64,000 bases of DNA from Eledone cirrhosa (taxonomy: Eukaryota). Both the position numbers and the translations under genes were made by a program. Under the pieces are notes generated by a model. The model ran no database searches and was not told the DNA's origin. It worked only from the letters and a program-made list of their open reading frames with translations. This document shows positions 39,341-53,510 of the stretch, in pieces (position 1 is the first letter of the stretch; the number at the start of each line of letters is the position of its first letter). Location: positions 219,046,001 through 219,110,000 of the forward strand of contig OZ024742.1 in the NCBI GenBank assembly GCA_964016885.1, given 5' to 3'.

Positions 39341-39563
39341 TTTCAAAGGTACAATGGTTTTTCAGTACGTTTTCACCAGATAAAATATATAAGAGATTGG
39401 TTATACGACATACCCCTAAGGTCTTGAATCTTCAATTCATTTATTAATATTTTGAATAATATTATATATACTCCTAATAGAAACTTGTCGAGTGCTTCTA
39501 ATCTATTGTAAAATTGAATTCGTTGAATAATCAACGAACCATATAAACTTTTTGTTATTTTGG

Positions 39564-39619
<56 letters not shown>

Positions 39620-40620
39620 CTACTTCCTCCTCGCCAATTCCACAGATCCTATACCACTGGTCACACTTTCTGGATATCTACCTTTTAATACCCGGAACTT
39701 CACCATCTGTCCACACACTCACCGGATATACATTCAGAAACACACACAAACACTTACACCATTTTCGCACACACGCAACCATCCATTCCCACGTATCCAC
39801 ACCACACAAAAACACACACACACACACACACGTGCGTATCTTCACATACACCTACTCTGCCTCCGGACTCCGCACGCTCCCTCTCCCCCACCCCTGCCGA
39901 CCCCTCTCCATCCACACGTACACACACACATAGACTTACACCTCACCCCATGTACACATTGGTTTTCCTAATACACGAGCATGGAACCTCGTTCTCCCAC
40001 AAACTCTCACACTCATATCCACACATACACACACACACGTACACCTACACACATACACACACACAACCTTTCGCCCTCCCTCCATTTTCCTTCTCCCCTC
40101 TCCCTCTCCCTCCGTCCACCCACCACCATACTTCCACACACCTCACACTTGTTTTCATTTTAATTTTTTTCCCTTCTTTTTAATTTTTTTCCCATTTTTA
40201 AATTGTTTTCCTTTAATTTAATGTATTTCTAGCACTCCTCCCACACACCCTCTCGGAACACTTTTCCTTCCCACCTATCTCCTGCTGAAGGGTTTATGCC
40301 CGAAACGCCAAATCCCCCACGCCTCACACACACACTTTCAAGCGTGAACCTAATACCAACACTGTTCGTACTGCACTCCTTGCCAATATATATATATATA
40401 TATATATACATATATTTTGCATGTGTGTTCAGAAAATAATCAAATAACAGGCTTATATATCTGTTATTTGACAATCTTCTAGTCAAAAATACGCCGAAAG
40501 CGTTTTGTTTCTCCAAAATGTCTGACTGAATACACACGATCTTTTTCTCAAAGAAATGTTTTTTCCGTTCTTTCCTCTTCTCACATTCCATCTTTCTATT
40601 TCAACTTGTATTCCTCAGTC

Positions 40621-40660
40621 TATCTCCTGATGAAAGGCTAGTGTCCGAAACGTAAAGATG
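40621..40660 (+). ncRNA. Minimal type I hammerhead; a decayed sister lies at 40276-40310
   Basis: tatctc-CTGATGA-aaggctagtgtcc-GAAA-cg-TA-aagatg. The sister reads CTGCTGA-agggtttatgccc-GAAA-cgcc. Confidence 0.65.
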
Positions 40661-40734
40661 TTTTTCCTACTATATCAAGCGTTAAACTAATATATTTCTT
40701 CTTTGCACTGTTATTTACTTTGTTGATTCCTTTT

Positions 40735-41752
<1,018 letters not shown>

Positions 41753-42850
41753 AGAAAACACATGCACACAGACACACATACATACATTACTTCAAATACT
41801 GCCACTTATCTGCTCCACATTTATTCATTTGCGGGATAATTGTGTTTTCATTATAGAATAAACTTCAAAATAAACGTTACCAAGAGCTTTAGAAAACAAA
41901 GACGTTTTCTTTGTGAAATTTATCTAGTTTTAGAATTCGTTGTATAACGAAGCTTCTAAGATAGGGTTGTCTTCTGAATGGCATTTGTTCCTGTTCCTGC
42001 TACTTACTGCTAATTCTTATACGACTAATAATTGTAATACAAATACTACTTGTATACTGTTGCGTTCATGCCATTGGGCAGTAGTACTTAGTACCGCTGC
42101 TATGATCACTGAAGTCAAACAGGCAACTTTCACTATTTCCACCCCTCAGTTAAGTTCTAACTTTTTAGCCTAGCATTTATCAGTTAAATAGCTGGCCTAT
42201 TACTCTAATTATATAACGAAACAAAATCTTCTAGCTAGCCAATCTAAAAGGTTCTGAAATAATTTTTCCCATATTTGTAACACCCGACGGGAATCTAATT
42301 AACCAATTAATTAATTAACTATATTCAGGAGTTATTATCTAGAAATCTATCCAAAAATTAAATGGTCCCGGTAATTTTGATGTAAACAGACTAACAAAAG
42401 AAAAACAAACACAAGAAAAAACAACAAACAAATAACAATATGTAAAAAAAAAAAAAAAAACTTATTTCCTGGTTTTCCACTCAAAATACGAAATAGTTTC
42501 TTTGTTCAGGAATATTTTTTATTATTAAATCTGCAAGAACGGACTTAATAATATACTTTAGCGAGTCAGCAAAGTCACTAAAAATAGCAGCCAAATTGGC
42601 CCTCCCCGCATTGACTATATACACACATCACAGACCCTCCATCTCAACTCTACTTTTGAAAAGCAGAAGAACTGCGAAACCGGTAAAGGAACCAAATAAA
42701 TATATATATTTTTTAAAAAAAAAGACTCCAGTTGCATTTTCGATTTCATCATTTTCCCTTATACTTTCACTCGTGTAGGACACCTCGGTTATTTTTCATT
42801 TTGTAAAAAAAGACCTCACTTTCTAATATATATATATATATATATATGTT

Positions 42851-42884
<34 letters not shown>

Positions 42885-43079
42885 TGTATGTATGTATGTA
42901 TGTATATATAGTACTGCTTCATAAGGCTACACCAGGTGCTAAACAACAACAGAAATAGTCTATTTAATAATTCAGCCCCTTTCCCCATCCATCATCGGTT
43001 ATGATGAAAGTAATGAAAAGAATTTGGCTACATTCAAGTTAATTACAGCAGCAGCAATATATCAACTACCACCACCACC

Positions 43080-43152
<73 letters not shown>

Positions 43153-43400
43153 GCAAAACTACTACTACTACTACTACTACAATATCAACACCAAAAGAAA
43201 CAACCTCGGAACTAAAGTTAAATTAAACATAAATTTAACAAAAATGAAATTTGCATCCTTGTTATCATCATCATCATCACCATCATCGTCATTATCACCA
43301 TCATCACCAAGATCGCCGTTGTCGCCGTCTTCATTACCCCAGCCATCCTCATCAGCATCATTAGCATTATGACATAAGGATTTGTTGTGTACAAATGACG

Positions 43401-43446
<46 letters not shown>

Positions 43447-43540
43447 CGAAAATCAACTTATTTCCCTCATAGTTAACAACAACAGCAACAACAATCAAAT
43501 ATATTTTACACTGAAATCATCACAACATCGTCATGAAACG

Positions 43541-43866
43541 ATGTTAATGGATGGGGACTGTTGGATTGAGCAGATGGGGACATTACGAGATTTACAATTG
43601 GCTCTGAGAGAGAAAATCGAAGAGCTAAGACAGAGGGATGTACTGATCGATGAACTGGAATTGGATTTGGACGAGAAAGATGAACTTATTCGGAAATTAC
43701 AAAACGAACTAGACAAATACCGGTCGGTACTAAAACCGACAGCGGCTGTTGTACACAAGGACATGGTGTTGGCTGGACGTACAAAACGACTGGCGATTTC
43801 AGCAGAGCCGAATATGGTGAAGTCCTTACATACCATAAAGCTGAAACGAACGATAAAATCATCAAG
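43541..43866 (+). CDS. PRKG1: cGMP-dependent protein kinase, first coding exon (PKG-Ibeta-type leucine zipper + autoinhibitory segment)
   Basis: [52 protein letters not shown]...[11 protein letters not shown] matches the PKG Ibeta N-terminus as I recall it. The homologous ATG is at 43574, with upstream in-frame ATGs at 43541 and 43547. A phase-2 donor AG|GTTCGT follows 43866. No further exon was recognised in the window. Confidence 0.93.
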
Positions 43867-44089
43867 GTTCGTTTTCTCATAGTTATATAGTTGCTTATTT
43901 ATTAAATCTTTTTTTTTTTTAACAACTTCTATTGTTATTTTAGTAGCTACATTACTTAGCTGTTTATGTTGTTTGTGGGTGTTGCGTAGCCCTAGCTTAG
44001 CTCTGATCTAGCAAACAGATACATATGTTGTTGTTCTTTATATAGTATATATATGTGAATATTAGACAGTGAGGAGGAGAGATATAGCT

Positions 44090-44183
<94 letters not shown>

Positions 44184-44392
44184 ATATATATGTGTATATA
44201 TATATATAATTATATATATATATATAATTATATATATATATATAATTATATATATATATATATAATTATATATATATATAATTATATATATATATATAAT
44301 TATATATATAATTATATATATATATTTATAATTATATATATATATAATTTTATATATATAATTATATATATATATTTATAATTATATATATA

Positions 44393-44436
<44 letters not shown>

Positions 44437-44552
44437 TATATATATATATAATTATATATATATATAATTATATATATATATAATTATATATATATATATA
44501 ATTATATATATATATATAATTATATATATATATAATTATATATATATATAAT

Positions 44553-44590
<38 letters not shown>

Positions 44591-44656
44591 ATTATATATA
44601 TATATATATATATATAATTATATATATATATAATTATATATATATATTTATATATA

Positions 44657-44699
<43 letters not shown>

Positions 44700-44987
44700 T
44701 ACACACACACACATGTAGACACACGAGGCAGACAAATAGATTTCGTTACAATATCGATCAGCTCAGAGTACAATCATAATGATCGGGACCCGACTCTTTC
44801 TCGACATCTCATCAGATATGTGAGTTTATATGTGCAACGACACACACACACACATGCACACGCGCGCACACACTCATATATATATATAGTAATAATAGTA
44901 ATAATAATAAATGTGAAGACTAAAATCCCAAGAGGGCTCGATACGGATAATATATATCAAATATATAAACACCCTAGAGCAAATATT

Positions 44988-45103
44988 TATTAAAATAACA
45001 GATTAAAGTTTAAGCAAAGAATCGCTGCTTTCACCCTTAACAGAAGATCTCGTTAAGGGTGAAAGCAGCGATTCTTTGCTTAAACAATAATCTGCTATTT
45101 TAA
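44988..45103. repeat. Palindrome of a (TA)n-associated short repeat family (also at 22617-22660, 33372-33440 and 37411-37452)
   Basis: TATTAAAATAACAGATTAAAGTTTAAGCAAAGAATCGCTGCTTTCACCCTTAAC and its reverse complement around a short spacer. Confidence 0.85.
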
Positions 45104-45272
45104 TATATATATATATTTTTTGATATCCAGATTCCTGATGATTTCTAAAGAATGAAACAGTTCTAGTCCTGTAGAAACTCATCTATATTAAAACTATATA
45201 TATATACATATATATGTGTGTGTGTGTGTAGCGAAAGAGAGAGGTAGCAAGAGAGAGAAGGAAAGAGAAAGA

Positions 45273-45343
<71 letters not shown>

Positions 45344-46080
45344 GGGCAGAGGAACAGGTTGACAGAGGTTTTAAGAAACAATGTAGGAAATATAAAAATC
45401 AATATAATTCACACATAAATATTTTTATTAATCAATAAATTAAAATCAATTGCAAACATACTTATATTAAATGATAGATAAATTCCCCCACATACATACA
45501 CACATACATACACACATACATACACACATACACATACATACACACACACATATATACATACACACACACATACATACACACATACATACGCACATACCCA
45601 TACATGCATGCACACATGCATACACACACACATAGATACATTTATACATACATACATACATATATTCATGCATACATACATACATACATACATATATTCA
45701 TACATATATACATACATACATATATTCATACATACACACATACATATATTCATACAAACACACATATATTCATACATACAAACACACATACATACATGCA
45801 TATATACACAAATACACACATACATACAAAAATACACACACACACACGCACATATCTATATAACTATGTGTGTGTGTTGTGTGTGTGTGTGTGTGTGTGT
45901 GTCTGTGTGTGTGTGTGTCTGTGTGTGTCTGTGTGTGTGTCTGTGTGTGTGTGTCTGTGTATGTGTGTCTCTGTGTGTGTGTGTGTATGTGTGTCTGTGT
46001 GTGTGTGTCTGTGTGTGTGTGTGTCTGTGTGTGTGTGTCTGTGTGTCTGTGTGTCTCTGTGTGTGTGTGTGTCTGTGTCT

Positions 46081-46117
<37 letters not shown>

Positions 46118-46156
46118 TATGTGTGTGTCTGTGTGTGTCTGTGTGTGTGTGTGTCT

Positions 46157-46199
<43 letters not shown>

Positions 46200-46260
46200 T
46201 GTGTGTGTGTAAAGGTAAGTAGTAGTGAAGTCACTGTTGCAGCATATATATAAACTTTAT

Positions 46261-46343
46261 TCGCATATTACAGTCGTTTCAATACCGATCAGCTGAGGGT
46301 ACAATCATAATGATCGGGACTCGACACCTCATCAGATATGCGA
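46261..46343 (-). ncRNA. Type I hammerhead ribozyme; a decayed paralog lies at about 44740-44830
   Basis: Minus strand: tcgcatat-CTGATGA-ggtgtcga...tcggtatt-GAAA-cgactg-TA-atatgcga. Helix I is a perfect 8 bp and the triplet is GUA, followed by AATAAA. Confidence 0.88.
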
Positions 46344-46391
46344 GTTTATATGTGCAAAGACACACACGCACGCACACATACACACATACAC

Positions 46392-46482
<91 letters not shown>

Positions 46483-46484
<2 letters not shown>

Positions 46485-46605
46485 GGAAAAGAGTCAGGAC
46501 CCCGACGGTTGAGCTCCGGCCGTTTCGACAGCTAGATCCAAACGTTCGGATCTAGCTGTCGAAACGGCCGGAGCTCAACCGTCGGGGTCCTGGCTCTTTT
46601 TCCTA
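46483..46605. repeat. Near-perfect palindrome plus tail; a second family member lies at 61916-62051
   Basis: TAGGAAAAGAGTCAGGACCCCGACGGTTGAGCTC...GAGCTCAACCGTCGGGGTCCTGGCTCTTTTTCCTA, then the shared tail TTACCCACTCTACTACCCTAAG. Confidence 0.9.
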
Positions 46606-46752
46606 TTACCCACTCTACTACCCTAAGTGTTGAGTACTCTGGTGCGTTATGGTCCGTTATGTAACGTATGTGTGTATGTATGGGTGTGTGTGCGCGTGTG
46701 TGTGTGTGTGCGCGTGTGTGTGTGTGTGTGCGCGTGTGCGTGTATGTGTGTA

Positions 46753-46878
<126 letters not shown>

Positions 46879-47554
46879 AGTGTGTGAATAAGTCGGTAAG
46901 ACAGTCAAACACCTAAATCTGAACGTAAACACAGCTAGAACAAACGCAAAGTGACCACTGAATGTCCCTAAACATAAATAATACATTTCGAAAACAAACC
47001 CAACAATAAACAAAACACCCAGGGGATAAGACAATTGAATGTCAAACTCATAACTAATACACCCATTAAAACCAAGCTAACTACAAACTAAATTTCCTTA
47101 TATAATTCATGACGATTCTATATATAATTCATAACAGCAGACGATCAGTTGGAGTAGGGAAACAGATGGTGGGGGTGAGGTGGGGGAGAAATGGTAGAAA
47201 GTACTCTGTTCTGCTTCAGTCACATGTTCATGTTAACTCCATGTTAATCTTGCAACTTTAAACTCGCATAATGGAAGGCATTCCAGCCGTGATTATAACG
47301 CAGCGGTTCGCAATTTAGGGATCTGGAGACCACGGTGGATCATGAAAACTAGCATTGATATCCATGAACTAAGTTCAGAGTTTCAATTATTTTGTTAAAA
47401 CCATAATATGCACACGCTAGTGGTTAACCATTCCTCTCTAACTATAAATATTTCTCTTCGATTTGGTATTTGTATCGCAAATTCTTTTTAATGTGAACTC
47501 GTGTGTTGAAACAAATATTGATATACATTTTATTATTAATCAGGTTTTTATGGT

Positions 47555-49365
47555 GTTGGGTTGGTAGAATTGGTAGAGCGTCGGACAACATGCTTTGTAG
47601 CATATAGTTACGTCCCTTTACGTTCTGAGTTTAAATCCCACCGAGGTTAGTTTTGCCTTTCATCCTTACGGGGTCGATAAAATAAAGTACCAGTAATGCA
47701 CTGGAGTAATTGCTGGCCTTATGCCAAAAATAGAAACAGTTATTAATCAGATGATTAGCGTGTTGGATTGGCAGAATTGGTAGAGCGTTGGATAAAGTGC
47801 CATTGCATTATTTGTTCTGAGGGAAGGTGGTGGATTGGCAGTATCGGTAGAGAGTCGGACGCCATGCTTTCCAGCATAGTTACGTCCCTTTACGGTCTGA
47901 GTTCAAATCCCGCCGAGGTTAACTTTGCCTTTCATCCTTACGGGGGTCGATAAAATAAAGTACCAGTAATGCACTGGGATAATTGCTGGCCTTGTGCCAA
48001 AAGAAGAAACAATTATTTGTTCTGAGATCAACTTTTCCTCCTTCTGGGATCAATAAAATAAATTACAAGTTAAAAACTGCGGTCGATATATTCGACTTTC
48101 CGCCCCTAACATATTGCTGGCCTTGTGCTTAATTTAAAACCCATTAGTAAGCAGGTATTTAAGTCATCCACCAGGTTAGTTAATCAACCACTCGTCTAAT
48201 TACGTAATTATTGAACCTCTTTCATCACAGTCTATGTATGACCTTCTGTTTTCCTTTTTCTTGCTTTTTCTTACCACGACGCAAAGAAAAGACAAAGGGT
48301 AAAACTTCATTGATAAGATCACGAGCACTGTGATGAAAGCACTTTGACAATGAGGTAATTAACTAATTGGTTGATTAACCAAACTGATGGCTTGATTAAT
48401 TACTTAATAATAGTTTCTAATAATTTCTTAATAATAAATAGTAACATATGTAATAATTGTTTCTACTTTTGGCACAAGGCCAGCAATTACACCAGTGCAT
48501 TACTGGTACTTTATTTTATCGACCCCGTAAGGATGAAAGGCAAAGTTAACCTCAGCGGGATTTGAACTCAGATCGTAAAGGGACGTAACTATGCTGGAAA
48601 GCATGGCGTCCGACCCTCTACCGATACTGCCAATTCACCACCTTCCCTCAGAACAAATAATGCAATGGCACTTTATCCAACGCTCTACCAATTCTGCCAA
48701 TCCAACACGCTAATCATCTGATTAATAACTGTTTCTATTTTTGGCACAAGGCCAGCAATTACTCCAGTGCATTACTGGTACTTTATTTTATCGACCCCGT
48801 AAGGATGAAAGGCAAAGTGTAATAATGATTTCTGATTTTTAGGCACACGTGGCCAACAATTTTGGTGGGAGAGCAAAGTCGATTAAGTCGACCCCATTGC
48901 ATTACTGTTACTTTATTTTATCAACCCCGTAATGATGACAGGCAACGCTAACCTCGGCGGGATTTGAACTCAGAACGTAATAGTCATAACTCTATGTCGT
49001 GAAGCATGTTGTCTGACGCTCTACCGATATTCCAATCCAAACATATGTAATAATTGTTTCTACTTTTGGCACAAGGCCAGCAATTATCCCAGTGTATTAC
49101 TGGTACTTTATTTTATCGACCCCGTAAGGATGAAAGGCAAAGTTAACCTCGGTGGGTTTTGAACTCAGTCCGTAAAGGGACGTAACTGTGCTGCAAAGCA
49201 TGGCGTCTGACCCTCTACCCATAATGGTTTCTGATTTAAGCACAAGGCCAACAATTTGTGGGGAGGGAAAGTGGATTATATCAACCATGTACTTTACTGG
49301 GGCTTTATTTTATCGACCACAAAAGGACGGAAGGCAAAGTTAAGCTTGGCGGGATTTAAACTCAA
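47555..49365. mobile_element. Dense cluster of nested SINE copies (+ at 47555-48140, - at 48452-49365)
   Basis: At least seven occurrences of the SINE core or tail. The copy at 47826-48016 has TSD ATTATTTGTTCTGAG. Confidence 0.9.
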
Positions 49366-49914
49366 TTACTTGATTTGTAATACAAACTGAAGTAAATCCA
49401 ACCAGTACATGTGTTTTAAGTTGCAGCATGAACCCCTCCTCCAAGTATATAACGTCCAACCTTAATGTCTAATCTTAAATCATCATCTCATATTTAAAAA
49501 GAAACTGAAAGCCTGTAAATATGTCTTTTAATACCAAAAAAAATGTCACATGCAATTGAAGAAGATAATATTATACCAGCAGTAAAGCAAATCATGGAAA
49601 CTTTTATGGAGAAGGACTGAACTTATTATTTCTGAGTAACAATAATTTGATTCCATTATGTTCAGACCTAATATATATGTATATATTTGTTTACCACACC
49701 ACAAAATGGTAGAATATAGATCAGATCCTATTTAATACTTTGTAATATATGAAGTTAAAACATCTAGCAAGTTGACAATACAGTAAAATACCGCATTTAT
49801 GAGACTCTAGACGTTGAAAAGACGATAACTTACAGGGGCGGAAGATAATTATATTTTTCTCCCAAAATTACCAAAACACATCTCTATTTGTATATGAACT
49901 ACAATTTATGTACA

Positions 49915-50780
49915 TGTAGATATAGAGAGGGGGCGAGTTTGGTGTTAATTGATATAGAGAGAGGGGTTGGAAGAGAGTTCCGTGTAGTAGATATAGAGAG
50001 AGGAAGAGTTTGATAGTGATGGATAGAGTGAGAGGGAATGAGAGAGAGAGAGTGTGTGTGTTGTATGGTAGATATAGAGAGTGGGGTAGTTTGGTGGTAA
50101 TTGATATAGAAAGAGGGGTTGGAAAAGAGTCCCGTCTAGTAGATATAGAGAGGGGAAAAGTTTGTTGTTAATTGATATAGAAAGAGGGAGAGTTTGGTAT
50201 AGAGAGGGTTATTGGAAGAGAGTTCTGTGTAGTAGATATAGAGACGGTGAGAGTTTGGTGCTAATTGGTATAGAGAGAGGGATTGGAAGAGAGTTCCGTG
50301 TAGTAGATATAGAGAGGGTGAGAGTTTGGTGTTAATTGATATAGAGAGGTTGATTGGAAGAGAGTTCCGTGTAGTAGATATAGAGACGGTGAGAGTTTGT
50401 TGTTAATTGATATAGAGAGGTGGATTGGAAGAGAGTTCCGTGTAGTAGATATAGAGACGGTGAGAGTTTGGTGTTAATTGATATAGAGAGGTGGATTGGA
50501 AGAGAGTTCCGTGTAGTAGATATAGAGAGGGGGAGAGTTTGGTGTTAATTGATATAAAGAGGGGGATTTTGAGAGAGTGTTGATGAAGAGAGGGGGAGAG
50601 TTTGGTGGTAATAAATAGAGTGAGAGGATTGATAGAGATAAGTATTGATAGATAAAGAGAGTGGGAGAATTTGGCAGTGATGGATAGAGTGTGAGGAAAT
50701 GAGAGAGAGAGTGTTGTATTTTAGAGGGGGATAGTTTGGTGGTAATTGATATAGAGATGGGGATTGGGAGAAAGAGAATC
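49915..50780. repeat. Purine-rich minisatellite, 71-bp unit made of two GATATAGAGA-containing subunits
   Basis: GTAGTAGATATAGAGA starts at 50371, 50442 and 50513, with degenerate units on both sides. Confidence 0.9.
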
Positions 50781-50833
50781 GTGTATTCTGGAATGTTTTT
50801 TTAGGGTGGAGTAGGAAAAATACTACATCTCTT

Positions 50834-51022
50834 AATAATTGTTTCTACTTTAGGCACAAGGCCAGCAATTACCCAGTGCATTACTGGTACTTTATTTTAT
50901 CGACCCCGTAAGGATGAAAGGCAAAGTCAACCTCGGCGGGATTTGAACTCAGATCGTAAAGGGACGTAACTATGCTGGAAAGCATGGCGTCCGACCCTCT
51001 ACCGATACTGCCAATCCACCGC
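50834..51022 (-). mobile_element. Full-length SINE
   Basis: Reverse complement of the family consensus; TSD TCTCTTAATA. Confidence 0.92.
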
Positions 51023-51175
51023 CCTTCTCTTAATAGTATTACGATAGTCACTTCTATCGTACCCATGAGCCAGTAGCTCATGAGCCAGTACCGATGAGCC
51101 AGTCGCTGATATTAAAATGGATGGTGGATAAGGTTTGCTACCCATATAGTTATAGCATTATTTTAACTCACAAGG

Positions 51176-51365
51176 AGCGGTGGATTGGCAGTATCGGTAG
51201 AGGGTCGGACGCCATGCTTTCCAGCATAGTTACGTCCCTTTACGATCTGAGTTCAAATCCCGCCGAGGTTGACTTTGCCTTTCATCCTTACGGGGTCGAT
51301 AAAATAAAGTACCAGTAATGAACTGAGTAATTGCTGGCCTTGTGCCTAAAGTAGAAACAATTATT
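51176..51365 (+). mobile_element. Full-length SINE, head-to-head with the previous copy
   Basis: Near-identical to 50834-51022; TSD ATTATTTTAACTCACAA. Confidence 0.92.
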
Positions 51366-52116
51366 TTAACTCACAACGCAAAATGTATGGATACTTTGGT
51401 AAAATGTAATAATCGTGTAATATTAAACGAAAAAAAAAAAAAGACTGACAGAGAGAAGAAGAGAGGGAGTTGAAGTAGGAGGCTGTAATAGCATTGATAT
51501 TTTGGGTATTTAGGTAGAGCCGCTACTTCTCTGTATCGAGAGATCGCAGCTCCGGGTCTACTGACACGTAGTTACAAAGTCTAAGGACAAATTTTAGGAG
51601 GCAAAATCAACTGATAGGATATCCAGAGATAGATTACAAACAAATGGATGGATAACATCTATTAGTTCAGTAGGTCTAATTTGGGGATTCAGCCGGATTA
51701 TTTGGAGGCGATTGCTCAGGAAGGTGTGTCTGAAGACTCTACCGCTTCGATACTTTCAGGAATGTGGGAAAAGAAGTTTGTTTTGAAAGAGAAAATGTTT
51801 TCAAATCGAATTTAAAAATTGTTTAACTACGTGAGAATACACGTTGAGATTGAATAGTTATTCCACGAAATGACATTCCAGTGCCTTTTCCACCCTTACA
51901 TTTTCCACCCTTACATTTTCCACCCTTACATTTACAATTCCTTGAAATCACTCTCAAGCGACACTTTAACAAATCTACACAGCGGAGGCGCGTGGCCTAG
52001 TGGTAAGGATGTTGGACACGATCAAAATGTCGTACTTTTGATTCCTGGACTGGGTTGTGTGTTGTGTTCTTGAACAAAACACTTTTCACGCCTCTCCTGT
52101 ACAATATATATATATA

Positions 52117-52469
52117 TTATACTTTGGGAGGGTCATACTGCTAATAAAAACACACGCACCTGTTGGTTTTCACTTCAATTTATCATAAATTTCCGGTTGG
52201 TTGGTTGGTTCGATAATGGATGGTTGTTCATATATTGTCAAAGCTCTTTCGTCACACATTCTGTGATCTCTTCAGTGACTAGGTTTTTATTTTGTGGATC
52301 GCCTTTGTTATGTCCTCCACCATCTTGTTTAAACCGGAAATTTATAATAAATTATTGTGAAAACCAACAGGTATGTGTGCTTTTATTGGCAGCATGACCC
52401 TCCCAAAGTATAACAATGTCTGTTTGAACACACGTTTTCAGATAAGAAATCTTGCAAAACAAATTCAAA

Positions 52470-52475
<6 letters not shown>
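52117..52475. mobile_element. Non-coding miniature relative of the PLE at 28615-31832 (inverted pLTR fragments + tail)
   Basis: TTATACTTTGGGAGGGTCAT...ATGACCCTCCCAAAGTATAA inverted arms and a tail similar to 31778-31832, within (TA)n. Confidence 0.85.
52237..52279 (-). ncRNA. Hammerhead homologous to the PLE pLTR ribozyme
   Basis: Minus strand: gtca-CTGAAGA-ga tcaca gaatg tgtga c-GAAA-gagc-TT-tgac. Confidence 0.7.
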
Positions 52476-52501
<26 letters not shown>

Positions 52502-52505
<4 letters not shown>

Positions 52506-52643
52506 TTTCCAGCATAGTTACGTCCCTTTACGATCTGAGTTCAAATCCCGCCGAGGTTGACTTTGCATTTCATCCTTACGGGGTCGATAAAATAAAGTAC
52601 CAGTAATGCACTGGGTAATTGCTGGCCTTGTGCCTAAAGTAGA

Positions 52644-52649
<6 letters not shown>
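52502..52649 (+). mobile_element. 5'-truncated SINE within (TA)n
   Basis: Family core and tail. Confidence 0.9.
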
Positions 52650-52681
<32 letters not shown>

Positions 52682-53288
52682 CTCAATTTAGGTAAAAACC
52701 AAATTATTTCATTAATTTCTTCATCCGCTTCGATTTAACGAAATTTATTGATCCTCTACGATGTTGCTCCCATAACATTTAGCTTTCACGCACTAGGTAA
52801 CGAACGAGTATTATACCCACTCCTAATGCTCTTATATATATATATGTGTGTGTGTGTGTGTGAGTGTGTGTATGTTTCTGCATAGTTTTCGCCCACCAAT
52901 GTTCACTCTCAATGTCAAGATATTGGCCAACTCAAGGTTACAGTAGAAGGAAGAAATGTTGCTAAAGATGGTGTGCAGTAGGATATTGCCTGGATTCATG
53001 TATTTGCGAAACGAACTCCTTACACACACAACCATGCCTGCGACCATATGTAATGCGATAGTATTGCCACATTTCCCACGTTTCAACTCTACATTTAGGT
53101 AGACAGATGTACATTTTTGCCTTCTGATATACCAAACCTGTTTATATACTTGAGTTTTGAAAAAGTATCTTAAAATGTATTCGTCTTTATGGCGCCTGAA
53201 TATAAACCTCTGCAACTTTTAGTCTCGTGAAGAAAAGAGTTGGACACACACTAACGCATATACACATATATTTGCACGCACGTACGTG

Positions 53289-53392
<104 letters not shown>

Positions 53393-53510
53393 AATATCAG
53401 CACACGATATTATTACTTGAACAGGGTAATTCTCAGGGGAGCTTGTACTTCACGTGGTATCTGTGTATTGTAAGTTTGTAATCAGCAAAACATAGTGTAC
53501 ATATTGTGTA

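Noticed and set aside
43024-43540. Poly-P/L/D/N ORFs and the N-terminal extension of ORF 43382-43882
   Set aside because: They come from trinucleotide repeats with non-ATG starts. Homology starts at the MGTLRD methionine, and the ORF's last codons run past the splice donor.
49915-50780. Regularly spaced repeats resembling a CRISPR array
   Set aside because: The intervening sequences are themselves repeated (71-bp minisatellite), there are no unique spacers or cas genes, and the context is eukaryotic.
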